Numbered from the stretch's first letter, positions 28,983 through 39,400 are shown. The stretch: DNA of 64,000 nucleotides from an uncultured Chloroflexia bacterium (GCA_963700285.1 CAVOXA010000010.1:1120001-1184000), one strand, 5' to 3'. Made by a program: numbers and translations. Notes: a model not told the origin generated them from the letters alone.

Positions 28983-30384
28983 ATGTACCAGAAAGTTAAG
29001 ACCGATATCCTCCGCCAACTGGAGTGTATCGTCGGCCCGGAGAACGTGTTGCTGGACGCCGAACGCCTGGAGCCCTATACCCACGACGAGACGGTCGGCC
29101 TTCAAGCTGAGCCTGAGGTGGTCGTGCGTGTCACATCGGCCCAACAGGTAGTCCGAGGTGTTCAAACTGGCCAACTCTGAGCGGGTACCGGTTACACCCC
29201 GCGGGGCGGGCTACGGCCTGAGCGGCGGTGCGGTGGCTGTGGAGGGCGGCATTGTCCTCTCCCTGGAAAAGATGAACCGTATCCTGGAAATCGACCACGC
29301 CAACCTGATGGTCACCGTCGAGCCGGGCGTCATTACCGGCGAATTGCACCGCGCGGTTGAGGCCGAGGGACTCTTTTACCCGCCTGACCCGGCCAGTCTC
29401 GACTCCTGTACCATCGGCGGCAATATCGCCGAAGGCGCCGGCGGCCCGCGGGCGGTCAAGTATGGTACTACCAAGGACTATGTCTGTGGCTTGGAGGTGG
29501 TCCTGCCCTCTGGCGAGATCGTGCAGATGGGCGGCAAGCTGGTCAAGAACGTGACCGGCTACAGCCTGATGCAACTGCTGGTTGGGTCGGAGGGGACACT
29601 GGCGGTAGTGACCAAGATCATCCTGCGGCTGCTACCCCTGCCGGCCCATCAGGTCGACCTGTTGGTGCCCTTTGATGATTTCCAGACAGCGGCCGACGCG
29701 GTCTCGGCCATGATCTCCCGGCGCATTGTGCCTACGGCCATCGAGTTCATGGAGCGCGACATCGTCCATGCCTGTCAGCGCTTCCTGGACAAGGAACTGC
29801 CCTTCGCCGATGCCGCAGGCCCAGCTCCTGATCAAGCTGGATGGCAACAACAAGCCTGCCCTGGACGAGGACATGGAGACGGTGGCCGACCTGTGCCTGG
29901 ACGCGGGGGCCGAGGACGTACTGGTCGCCGCCGACCGGCCCACCCGCGACCGGCTGTGGGAGGCGCGGCGGGCCATCATCGATGCCCTCAACTACGAGAG
30001 CCCGGTAAACCACATGGAGGATGTGGTTGTGCCCCGGGCCCAGATCCCGGCCCTGCTGCGCGGCATCCACGATCTGGCTGAGCGTCTGGACGTGCGCATC
30101 CTCAGCTTTGGCCATGCCGGCGACGGCAACGTGCACATTACGGCTTTGAAAGATGACCTGGACGACGATGCCTGGGAGGCGATAGTGCATCGAGGTCACG
30201 GAATCGATCTACCACCTGGCGCTCTCGCTGGGCGGCACCCTCACCGGCGAGCATGGCATCGGCGTATATCCGGCGCCAGTATCTGCCCCTGGCCCTGGAA
30301 GAGGCCCAGATCGAGATCATGCGCGGCATCCGGGCGGTGTTTGATCCGAACGGGATCTTGAATCCGGGCAAGATCTTTCCCTGA
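28983..30384 (+). CDS. FAD-linked oxidoreductase, GlcD / D-lactate dehydrogenase family; about four apparent +1 frameshifts
   Basis: Consecutive frames give TPRGAGYGLSGG, YPPDPAS, GSEGTL, GHAGDGNVH, GEHGIG, FDPNGILNPGKIFP. Extra bases near 29151, 29818, 30191 and 30267. Confidence 0.85.
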
Positions 30385-30553
30385 GGCTGCAACACGGAAG
30401 TTGTATGATACCGTGGTTACCTCGGAAGATAAAAACGGATGGGCAGGACTGTCGGATCAGGACGACAGATCCGCAAACCCTGCCCATCTACTGTTCGCAC
30501 TCTTTCCTCCCAAAACAGGCTCTAGAGGACAGGTCGCAGTAGGCGAGGGAGAG

Positions 30554-32866
30554 CTACTGCTGGGCACACCGAAACCCGATACTGAGGTTGGTGAGCGTCG
30601 GGTCGAGGCCGTACCGGTAGGCGGAGCGCACGAACCTCGATTCGCCGTCCCACGAGCCGCCCCGCAGCACCCTGCCTCCTCACCTGGAGTCAGGCCCCTC
30701 GGGATTCCGCTCCGGGGAGCGGCTGTAATAGTCGCCGTCGTACCAGTCGGCCACCCACTCCCAGACGTTGCCGGCCATGTCCAGCGCCCCGTACGGGCTG
30801 GCCCCTTCCGGGTAGCTGCCCACCGGCGCCGTCCGGGAGTAGCCATCGTCCTCAGCCTCGTCTTTGTGATCGAATTCGCAGTTTGCATCGCAGTAGTTCA
30901 CCTTACTGCCGTCGAACCGATCTCCCCAGGGGTAGATCCGTCCGTCGGTGCTCCGTGCCGCCTTCTCCCACTCGGCCTCCGTCGGCAGCCGCGCCCCAGC
31001 CCACTTGCAATAGGCATCGGCGCCGTCCCAGTCCACGCACACTACCGGGTGGTCGGCCTTGGTCGCGTCATCGTAGGTCGGCTCTCCCCAAGCGCACGTC
31101 AGCGGTGCTTCGCAGGCCCCCGCCTCCACACAGCCCTGGTACAGGGCGTTGGTCACCTCGGTCCGGTCGATCCAGAGGGCATCGAGGTAGACGGTGTGAG
31201 GAGGTTTTTCGTCGCCATCGGCATCGGCGTCGGTGCTGCCCATCAGGAACTCGCCGGCAGGCACGTAGACCATCTCCATGCCATCTTTGGCCCGCGTCCG
31301 GGTCTCACCGGGGCTGGGCTCAGCCGGCGTAGGGATCGCTGTGGGCGGCAGAGGCGTGTCGGTTGGCACTGGCGTCGGCGTGAATGTTGGTGGCGGCAGA
31401 GTATCCGTTGGCGCAAGCGCTGGGGTGGGTGCGCCCGGAGCTTCCCTGGCCGGTGGCGTGCAGGTCGGTGGCAGGGTGGGCAGGGGAAGCCTCTGGGACA
31501 CGCGGTTGTCCATCTCGTCGCGCTCCTCGACGTCAAAGCCGGCGTCGACGACGATGGTGTTCTCTCCGGAAGCATCATAGCCCTCGAACCAGAGGGAGGC
31601 GCTCTCGCCGGCGGCCAGCCCGGCAGTCACCTGCTGCTGGGCGCCGTTGACGTCGACGACGAAGGGGCCGGCGCTGGCGTCGCCAACATTCTCGACCACG
31701 ACCCGCACGCCGAGCTGGGTCGAGGCATAGTCGCAGCCCGCGCCGGTCTCCAACTCGACCTTGCTGCGGGCGACCACCAGGTCGGGTCGGGGTGTGTCGG
31801 ATCTGGAGGCCAAATCCCCGTCGCCGCCACCGAGGAGGGCTGCTCCGGCGATGACAAGGATGACCAGCACTATGACCGCACCGCCTAACAGCGGCCAGAA
31901 CAGCGGCGGCAGGGCGCGCTTCTCCTGACGGGCGGCGGGCGGGGATGGGGGCGGCGGCCCGGCCAGCCTGGTCTTCCCCGCAGCCGCGGCCCTGGGCGCC
32001 TGGCGCAGCAGGGCAGCCCGCAGCTCCTCGGCCCTGGCGTAGCGCCGCTCGGGTTGCTTGGCCAGCGCCTTGAGGACCACGCCGTCCAGCCAGCCCGGCA
32101 CCCGCCGGTTGTGGCCGCTGGGCGGCAGGGGCTGCTCGTTGCGGATGCGGTAGACGTTGTCGGCCTGGGCGCCGGGCGTCTCCCGCTGGTCAAAGTCCAG
32201 GTAGGGCTGGCCGGTGAGCATGCGGTAGAGCACCGCCCCCACGGCGTAGACGTCCACCCGGGGGTCGTCGCGCACGCCGTCGGCCTGCTCGGGCGACATG
32301 TAGGGCAGGGTGCCGGCGACAAAGCCCGCGGGTGTGAGCCAGGTGCGGGTCAGCATCTCCTCCGAGACGTGGGCGATGCCGAAATCGGCTACTTTCGCCA
32401 AGCCGCCTGTGCCCTCCAGGCGGCCCGCGTCAAACAGGATGTTGGCCGGTTTCAGGTCGCAGTGGACCACGCCCTGGTCGTGGGCCACCTGCAGCCCCTG
32501 GCACACCTCGGCGGCGACGCGGACGGCTTCGTCGACGGGCAGGGGGTTCCCTGCCCGCAGCCGGTCCTCCAGGGAGCCGCCGGCCATGCACTCCATGACG
32601 ATGTAATAGTTGCCGCCCTCCTGGAATACGTTGTGGGTGCGCACGATGTGCAGCGGGGTCAGGCGCATGGTGGCCTTGGCTTCAGCCAGGAAGCGCTTCA
32701 ACATGGCCTCGTCGCCGACCAGGCCGGGGATCAGCTCTTTGACGGCCACTTCCTCGCCCAGGAGGGTGTCCTGGGCCTGGTAGACGTAGCCAAAGCCGCC
32801 GCGGCCAAGCTGGTGCTCGATGCGGTACTGGCCGTTGAGCAGGGTATCGCCGGGATTGAGGGGCAT
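30554..32866 (-). CDS. Ser/Thr protein kinase - TM - CARDB-like - PT linker - FGE/SUMF1 domain protein; in-frame TGA at 30680-30682
   Basis: LGRGGFG, AVKE, HCDLKPAN, DFG, YMSPEQ; then RLPTEAEWEKAAR and DMAGNVWEW. After the TGA the same frame continues GGRVLRGGSW...IGFRCAQQ to TAG at 30554. Confidence 0.85.
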
Positions 32867-33077
32867 GGCCCTTCTCCAATGGATACTTTGTGAACTACCG
32901 CCGTTGGCTGTCTCTGCTCAGTGCTCAGGGTTGCGTGGGATTCAATCCCCTAGGTGCAGACCGGTGATCCCCCACGTCGTCATTGCTTTCTATCCGTTTC
33001 ACCTTCACCTGTGCAAAGTATATCATAGGTATGGGATGCGGTCAAGCGGATCCGGTTCTCACCAGATGGCAAGAGCG

Positions 33078-33103
33078 AAGGGCCTCGCGATCGCGAGGCC
33101 CTT
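33078..33103. terminator. Perfect inverted repeat downstream of slyD
   Basis: AAGGGCCTCGCGATCGCGAGGCCCTT. Confidence 0.6.
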
Positions 33104-33132
33104 GTTGATTGGTTGTTCACAGGCACGCAGAA

Positions 33133-33630
33133 CTAGTGCTCGTGCCCCGAGCCGTGCACGTGGCCATGGGCCATTTCCTCGCCGGTTGCAGCCCGTAGGC
33201 CGGCGATCCTGGTGCTGAAATACAAGGTCTCGCCCGCCAGTGGGTGGTTGAGATCCAAAAGTACACCGTTCGGGTGTACCTCGGCGACGGTGGCCGGGAT
33301 CGGCTGCCCGGTGTTGTCCACCAGCTCCAGCGCCATTCCTGCTTCCAGCTTCAGGTCAGGGGGCAGGGCGTCGCTGGGGATCTGTTGGTACGCGTTGAGA
33401 TCTTGCTGCCCATAGCCGTCGACGGGAAGGACCGTCACCTCCTTCTCGTCGCCGACGGCCATGCCATACAGCGCTTGCTCCAAGCCGGGGATGATCTGGC
33501 CGTGTCCCTGCAGGAACTCCAGTGGTTCCCCGCCAGCAGAGGTATCAACGACGTCATGATTCTCCAGCCGTAGCGTGTAATCGAGGCTCACGACCAGGTC
33601 ATCGGCAACCACCAGTGTCTTGTCTGTCAT
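33133..33630 (-). CDS. slyD: FKBP-type peptidyl-prolyl isomerase
   Basis: GHGQIIPGLEQAL, DLNHPLAGETL, His-rich tail HGHVHGSGHEH. Confidence 0.92.
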   Translation of the reverse strand: MTDKTLVVADDLVVSLDYTLRLENHDVVDTSAGGEPLEFLQGHGQIIPGLEQALYGMAVGDEKEVTVLPVDGYGQQDLNAYQQIPSDALPPDLKLEAGMALELVDNTGQPIPATVAEVHPNGVLLDLNHPLAGETLYFSTRIAGLRAATGEEMAHGHVHGSGHEH

Positions 33631-33819
33631 CAAATGCTCCGTTCGATATCCGGCGTACGTCGGCGCCCTTCTGGCCCTTTTCCACCGGAACAGTACCTGC
33701 CATGACTTAAAAATAGTCTACATCATCTTTATCGTTCTGTCAAAACGATACCCCGTCGCGATATGCGCAGGAGCTATCACAATCGCCAATACTACCATCT
33801 TTCACACGCCTGCCGTATC

Positions 33820-33864
33820 TTGACAGACTCAAATATCCATGGTATCATATACAAGGTTGTATAT
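33820..33864 (+). promoter_or_regulatory. padR promoter with overlapping palindromic operator
   Basis: TTGACA-17 nt-TATCAT with extended TG, overlapped by ATATACAA-GG-TTGTATAT (33847-33864). Confidence 0.7.
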
Positions 33865-33894
33865 TAGCGGCGGAAACAAGAAACAAGGATAGAG

Positions 33895-34434
33895 ATGTCG
33901 ACTCGACTGGTGATCCTAGGGCTGCTACGAGAGCGCCCCCTATACGGCTATGAGATCAAGCATGTCATCGAGGACCACATGGGCGACTGGACCAACATCG
34001 CCTTTGGTTCCATCTATTTCGCCCTGGGCAAGCTGGCTGACGAGGGCTTTATCGAAAAGGTCGCCACGGAGCAAGAGGGCAAGCGTCCCTCCCGCAGCGT
34101 ATACCAGATCACCGACACCGGCCGGGAAGAGTTCCTGAGCCTGCTGCGGGAGGTTTGGCGCGAGGCGGAGCGCCACTATTATACCATCGACATCGGCTTG
34201 TTCTTCAGGGAGGCGCTGCCGCTCAAAGAGGTAGAGGGATATCTGCGCGCACGGGTCGCACAAATGGAGGGGGTACTCTTGTATCTCAATGGCCACCAGG
34301 CAGAGCAGTTGATTCACGAGGAGGCGCCCGGCCAGGCAGCCCTCATCTTTGATCACGCACGATTCCACTTTCAGGCCGAGCTTGACTGGACGCGGAATCT
34401 CCTGCACAAAGTGGAGCAGGGAGACTGGGTATGA
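33895..34434 (+). CDS. PadR family transcriptional regulator
   Basis: ILGLL..PLYGYEIK, GSIYFALGKL, VYQITDTGRE. Confidence 0.9.
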   Translation: MSTRLVILGLLRERPLYGYEIKHVIEDHMGDWTNIAFGSIYFALGKLADEGFIEKVATEQEGKRPSRSVYQITDTGREEFLSLLREVWREAERHYYTIDIGLFFREALPLKEVEGYLRARVAQMEGVLLYLNGHQAEQLIHEEAPGQAALIFDHARFHFQAELDWTRNLLHKVEQGDWV

Positions 34435-34566
34435 ACCGTGGGGCGTCCCCTTTTTTTGAGTATGAGTATAAGCTTGTATATTCTAGAAAGTATATTTTCA
34501 GGTTTGGAGGTTGTGGACGTTGCCACACAGCGTTGGCACCAGAAGCAGATCCCAGACAGGAGGTGG

Positions 34567-35253
34567 ATGATGGAACGTTTACCGGAAGGTGAATCGATTG
34601 TGGAATTGGAGGACGCCCGCCGTTTCAACGAGCTGATGGGCGGCCGGCTCCGAAAGCACGAGTACCGCGGGCTGGCCCGTGATGCGGTGGCGCTGGGTGT
34701 GCCGAGGGGAGGCAAGGCATTGGACGTGGGAACAGGTCCCGGCTTTGTGGCCATCGAGGTAGCGCGTTTGCTGCAGGGAACCGGCTGCCAGGTCATCGGG
34801 CTGGATATCTCGGAAGCGATGCTGGCGTTGGCCGCTGAGAATGCCCAAAGGGAGGGTTTGGAGGGCATGATCACCTGGCGCCAGGTTGACGCCAAATGTA
34901 TGCCTTTTGAGGACGGCGAGTTCGACCTGGTTGTGTGCAACGACTCGCTGCATCACTGGGAGGATCCGTTGGTGGTTTTCGACGAGATCGCCCGTGTGCT
35001 GAAGGACGGGGGACAGTGTCTGGTCCACGACTCGAAGCGCCTGCACAAGTGGGCGCCCAGGCTCATGTCCTGGGCCATCGGCATGATCATCCCCAGCGAC
35101 TTTCGCGTGCACTACTGGAACTCGATCAAGTCATCCTATACGCCGCAGGAACTGAGCACGATCCTGGAGGATTCGCGACTGCAGGGCTGGCGCGTCGTCG
35201 AGGGTTTCATGGACCTCATGGTGGTCAAGGAGGCGCAAGCATGCCCAGGTTAG
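34567..35253 (+). CDS. Class I SAM-dependent methyltransferase
   Basis: LDVGTGPG, GLDIS, MPFEDGEFDLV, LHHW; ATG after AGGAGG. Confidence 0.87.
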   Translation: MMERLPEGESIVELEDARRFNELMGGRLRKHEYRGLARDAVALGVPRGGKALDVGTGPGFVAIEVARLLQGTGCQVIGLDISEAMLALAAENAQREGLEGMITWRQVDAKCMPFEDGEFDLVVCNDSLHHWEDPLVVFDEIARVLKDGGQCLVHDSKRLHKWAPRLMSWAIGMIIPSDFRVHYWNSIKSSYTPQELSTILEDSRLQGWRVVEGFMDLMVVKEAQACPG

Positions 35254-35642
35254 CCAAGGGCGCCAAGTGGACCTACGGCTGGGTTGTTGTCGGTCCCGCG
35301 GGCTCGATCACCATCCCGCCAGATGCCTGGCGGGAGTTTGGCTTCCGGGAGGGAGACGAAGCCGTATTTATTCCAGGCAGCCGCCGCTCCGGTGGATTTG
35401 CTCTCAGTACTCCAGCTTTGATGGCCGGGATGTCCGAACGGCTCGGAGGGGTCGCTCCTCGCGTGCTCGCCACGAGTAGATTGGGGGACGGGCAGGTATC
35501 CCTGCCGCCCGCGATCTGTGTGGAACCCAGTACTAGCTTGCTCGCAGTCCGCGGCAGCGGTCACGGGTTGAGCTTTGTCGACCAAGGTCCCATCTATCAA
35601 GAAGCGCTGAAGCAATCCCACAGACTGGAGGTCTTTGGCTGA
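35241..35642 (+). CDS. AbrB/MazE/SpoVT-like small protein
   Basis: GWVVVGPAGSITIPPDAWREFGFREGD swapped-hairpin motif, apparently duplicated; ATG after AGGAGG. Confidence 0.65.
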   Translation: MPRLAKGAKWTYGWVVVGPAGSITIPPDAWREFGFREGDEAVFIPGSRRSGGFALSTPALMAGMSERLGGVAPRVLATSRLGDGQVSLPPAICVEPSTSLLAVRGSGHGLSFVDQGPIYQEALKQSHRLEVFG

Positions 35643-35708
35643 TGGCCGCCTGGCCCTGTTTTCCGCCTGAGCGCGAGAGTAGGTCGGCGTCGAATGACGA
35701 ACGGAACA

Positions 35709-38700
35709 TCACAGCCCAGACTCGACCGTCAGGGTGATGGTGAGGGTGGGCGTCTCGGTAGGAGCAGCCAGGGGCAGTGAGGTGGTGCCTGTCACGGTGG
35801 GCGAGACTGTAGGAATGGGTATGTCCGTCGCAGGCGGCGGCTCTGTGGGCAAGGGTATATCGGTTGGCCACGGTGTGTTCGTTGGTGGCGGCTCTGTGGG
35901 TGAAGGTGTATCTGTGGGCCAGGGCGTCCAGGTTGGAGGCGGTGTGTTGGTCGGCCACGGTGTATCTGTAGGCGGCGGCTCTGTGGGCCAGGGTGTCCAA
36001 GTTGGAGGCGGTGTATTTGTCGGCCACGGCGTGTTTGTAGGTGGCAGGTCTGTGGGCCAGGGTGTATCCGTGGGCCACGGTGTCCAGGTTGGCAACGGCG
36101 TCTGCGTCCGAGTGGGTAGGGAGGATGTAGGCGCCGGATTCTGCACCCAGACCCAGGTCCGCGCCTCAAAGCCGTTGCCCGCCTGGTCATAGACAACAAC
36201 CCGCAGGCTAAAGTCCCGGTTGGCCAGGTGTCTCACATCCCACACTGCCAGCAGGCCGTTGTCTACCGGCGAGTAGATGGGGCCTGCCACGTGCCCCCAG
36301 CCGATGGGATCCCGACCTTCACCGTACTCGACCACATAGTAGTCAAAGCCGGGGATGTCCATGCGGCCCAGCACAGGCGCCTCCACGGCCACCGTCTGCC
36401 CGGCTACCGGTTCAAGGAGCGCTACCTGGGCAGGTCCGGTATGAACCGGACAGAGATCAGCCGGGGGCTGCGGGATGTTGTGCTTTTGCGCCCACCGGCT
36501 GCCCTCCTCGCCGGGCAGAACGTAAAAATAGCGTTCCTCAACAACATCCGCGGGGCAGTACTCACTGGCCAGGGCATTGGTTGTCACGTCGATGCGCACA
36601 AACTGGTGAAAGTCATGCTCTGGCCCCAGCGGTCCCTGGCCGGAGGCAAAGATCTCGGTACGCCGGCGGTCGGGCGGGCTGGCCCCACTGGGCAGCGATC
36701 CCGAATCGGCGCTGATCTCTATCTCTTCGATCCCATCGGGCCGTGGGAACTGGCTGGCTGGCCGGTCGCCGAGGGCCTTCTCCATAAAGTTGTGCCAGAT
36801 CGGTGCCGCGCCCCTGGCTCCCGTCACCTCTATCATGGCCGAATTGTCAGCGTTGCCAACCCAGACGCCCGTCGCCAGCTCGGGCGTATAGCCGATGGTC
36901 CAGGAATCGCGCCATTCATCCGTGGTCCCCGTCTTGGCCGCAGCCGGCCGGGAGAGCTTTAGCGGATTGTTCTCTCTAAAAGCAGGCAACCGGGCCTGGT
37001 TGTCAGCCAGGATGTCGGTGATAAGATAGGCGTGTTGGGGACTGACCACCTGCGGGCCCGGCGGTGGTTGGTATTCCTCAATGACCCGCCCGGCAGAATC
37101 TTCGATGCGCAGAATGGACACAGGGGGCACACGCCGTCCCGCATTGGCAAAGACGGCGTACGCGCCAGTCATCTCCAGCAAGGTGACCTCCCCTCCACCC
37201 AGGGTCAGGCTCAAGCCATAGTCCGCACGGTTGAGGGAGGCAATGCCCAATCTGTGGGCAGTATCCAGCATGGCCGGCAAGCCCACAAAGTCTAGGGTCT
37301 TGACGGCAGGTATGTTCAAGGAGCGAGCCAGTGCCCCGCGTGCCAGCACCGGGCCGTGCACTTTACGATCATAGTTCTTGGGCACGTAGGATCTGCCCAA
37401 CGAGTCCTTGAACTCGGTTGCCAAGTCCCAAATGAGCGTGGCCGGCGTCCAGCCTTTCTCAAAGGCGGTGATGTAGGTCACCGGTTTGATGGATGACCCC
37501 GGCTGACGGGGTCGCAGGGCCACGTTCACCTGGCCAGAAATCTCCTCGTTATAGAAATCGGCGCTGCCCAGCATGGCCAGGATCTCGCCTGTGGAAGGCT
37601 CCAAGGCCACCAGAGCCGCGTTGGTCGCATGCTGATCGCTCAGGCTGGCCAGATGTGCTTGAGCTTCCTCCTGGGCCAGATCTTGCAAGCGTGAATCGAG
37701 GGTAGTGGTCACTCGCAGTCCACTGCGATAGAGGACGTCGGCGCCGTATTTCTGCTCCAGTTGCTGCTGGATCCAGATTACAAAGTGGGGGGCCTCCACG
37801 TCAAAGTTGAAGGGCTGAAGGTTCAGCTCCTCAGCCTTGGCGGCCTCGGCTTCAGCCTGGCTGATGTGGCCAGCATCGACCATGAGGTCCAGTACTACTG
37901 CCTGGCGACGTTTGGCTCCCTCGAGATTGGTGTAGGGATCCCAATAGGCCGGCGCCTGGGGCAATCCGGCCAGCAAGGCTGCCTCGGCAAGGGTCAGATC
38001 GTTGACCGTCTTGCCAAAGTAGGTTTCGGCCGCGGCTTCGACGCCATAGGCCAGGCTGCCAAAGTTCACCTCGTTGAGATAGATCTCCATGATCTCGCGC
38101 TTTGTGTAGCGGCGGCTGATCTCAGAAGCCAGGACCGCTTCGCGAATCTTGCGCCTCAACGTGAGTTCCGTGCGTTCTTCCGGTGATAGAAGTACGACGT
38201 CGACCAAGGTCTGCGGAATGGTACTGGCGCCGGAGACTATCTCCCCCTCTTCTACGTTCTGGATCACAGCGCGGATGATGCTAATGGGGTCCACACCAGG
38301 GTGCTGCCAGAAGCGCTCATCCTCGGTCGCCACGGTAGCATTGATCAGGTGGGGCGAGATCTGCTCGTAGGGCACCCAGATCCGTCTCCCGCCGCTGGGA
38401 TCAACGATCTCGTACAACAAGTGCCCGTTTCGGTCATAGATCCGCGTGCTGAGAAATCTGGCTGACTGGGTCCGGAGCGCGTCTGGTGAAGGCAGATCAG
38501 CGGCGATCGCTGCGTAGGTTGCGGTCAAACCGCACACCCCGATGACAAAGAGAGACAAAAAGGTCACGATTGAGACAAGGAGTACGGGGACGAAGCCTGG
38601 ACCACGCTGGTATCCTGGACCAGGTCCGGGCGGCGGTGGCGGCGGCGGCGGAACATATCTCCCCTGCGGAGATCGTGGTTGGCGGCCAGGAGCGTTTGGC

Positions 38701-38939
38701 CCGCGCTGGCCGGGCGCGCCGCCGGCGGGGCCGCGAACCGGCTGGGTAAGCCTGCGTGTCTGTGTACTCTGTCCCCAATCCTGGGGCAGAGTCTGGTCGG
38801 CCCGGGATGCAGTCCTGCGCGGCGCCGGCACTTGCCCTGTGTTGCCCTCTGGTGCAGTGTTCATCCCAGGTCTGGCGCTGTCAGGCCGTGACTGCGGCCA
38901 ATGCCCGTGCGCTAGTTGCCTTTGGTACCGTTGGTCCAT
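35709..38939 (-). CDS. Class A penicillin-binding protein (PBP1A family) with Pro/Thr/Trp-repeat tail
   Basis: TM helix; transglycosylase motifs ATEDERF, GASTI, RKIRE; transpeptidase motifs SSIK, SLN, KTGT. Confidence 0.92.
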   Translation of the reverse strand: MDQRYQRQLAHGHWPQSRPDSARPGMNTAPEGNTGQVPAPRRTASRADQTLPQDWGQSTQTRRLTQPVRGPAGGAPGQRGPNAPGRQPRSPQGRYVPPPPPPPPGPGPGYQRGPGFVPVLLVSIVTFLSLFVIGVCGLTATYAAIAADLPSPDALRTQSARFLSTRIYDRNGHLLYEIVDPSGGRRIWVPYEQISPHLINATVATEDERFWQHPGVDPISIIRAVIQNVEEGEIVSGASTIPQTLVDVVLLSPEERTELTLRRKIREAVLASEISRRYTKREIMEIYLNEVNFGSLAYGVEAAAETYFGKTVNDLTLAEAALLAGLPQAPAYWDPYTNLEGAKRRQAVVLDLMVDAGHISQAEAEAAKAEELNLQPFNFDVEAPHFVIWIQQQLEQKYGADVLYRSGLRVTTTLDSRLQDLAQEEAQAHLASLSDQHATNAALVALEPSTGEILAMLGSADFYNEEISGQVNVALRPRQPGSSIKPVTYITAFEKGWTPATLIWDLATEFKDSLGRSYVPKNYDRKVHGPVLARGALARSLNIPAVKTLDFVGLPAMLDTAHRLGIASLNRADYGLSLTLGGGEVTLLEMTGAYAVFANAGRRVPPVSILRIEDSAGRVIEEYQPPPGPQVVSPQHAYLITDILADNQARLPAFRENNPLKLSRPAAAKTGTTDEWRDSWTIGYTPELATGVWVGNADNSAMIEVTGARGAAPIWHNFMEKALGDRPASQFPRPDGIEEIEISADSGSLPSGASPPDRRRTEIFASGQGPLGPEHDFHQFVRIDVTTNALASEYCPADVVEERYFYVLPGEEGSRWAQKHNIPQPPADLCPVHTGPAQVALLEPVAGQTVAVEAPVLGRMDIPGFDYYVVEYGEGRDPIGWGHVAGPIYSPVDNGLLAVWDVRHLANRDFSLRVVVYDQAGNGFEARTWVWVQNPAPTSSLPTRTQTPLPTWTPWPTDTPWPTDLPPTNTPWPTNTPPPTWTPWPTEPPPTDTPWPTNTPPPTWTPWPTDTPSPTEPPPTNTPWPTDIPLPTEPPPATDIPIPTVSPTVTGTTSLPLAAPTETPTLTITLTVESGL
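35760..36120 (-). repeat. Coding PT(W/N/D)TP(W/P) low-complexity repeats at the PBP C-terminus
   Basis: PTWTPWPTDTPWPTDLPPTNTPWPTNTPPPTWTPW... Confidence 0.85.
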
Positions 38940-39136
38940 CCCTCACCTGGAAATCAAAAGTGCTAACCATTTAATGATCTGTCTACTAGACGGATCCAGC
39001 ACCGGGAAAGTTCCCTCTCGAGGCGAACCTGCCAGGCTATGAAGCTTTTGCAGCAGAGGCAGAACCCCGCTGAATTGGGCCTGACGGGGCTTTGTGTTAT
39101 AATGGCCTCGTACTCTTAGAAGCTTGGAGGCAAACG

Positions 39137-39376
39137 ATGGTAAGTGAAGAACTACTCGAGATCCTGCGCTGCCCGGCCTGCGTCAGCGGGCCGACGCGCA
39201 AAGAGGGCGATGATCCCGGCCAGCTTGAACTGGTAGACGGCGTTTGGCTTGTGTGCCAGGAGCCGGATTGCGGCCGAAAATACCCCATCATCGACGACAT
39301 CCCGCGGATGCTGATCGAAATCGGCGACAAATATGTGGATACACCGGTGGAAGAATTGGGGCAGCCCAAAGAATGA
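39137..39376 (+). CDS. Trm112 family protein
   Basis: LLEILRCPAC...LVCQEPDCGRKYPIIDDIPRML. Confidence 0.85.
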   Translation: MVSEELLEILRCPACVSGPTRKEGDDPGQLELVDGVWLVCQEPDCGRKYPIIDDIPRMLIEIGDKYVDTPVEELGQPKE

Positions 39377-39400
39377 GGCGCGGAACGTGATCTGGGCCAG

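Noticed and set aside
30401-31888. 495-aa plus-strand ORF
   Set aside because: Antisense shadow of the GC-rich kinase/FGE gene with no recognisable motifs. The same applies to 49476..50855, 22610..23530 and 58246..59232.
38960-38968. CIRCE element upstream of the PBP
   Set aside because: Only one half-site (TTAGCACT) is present.
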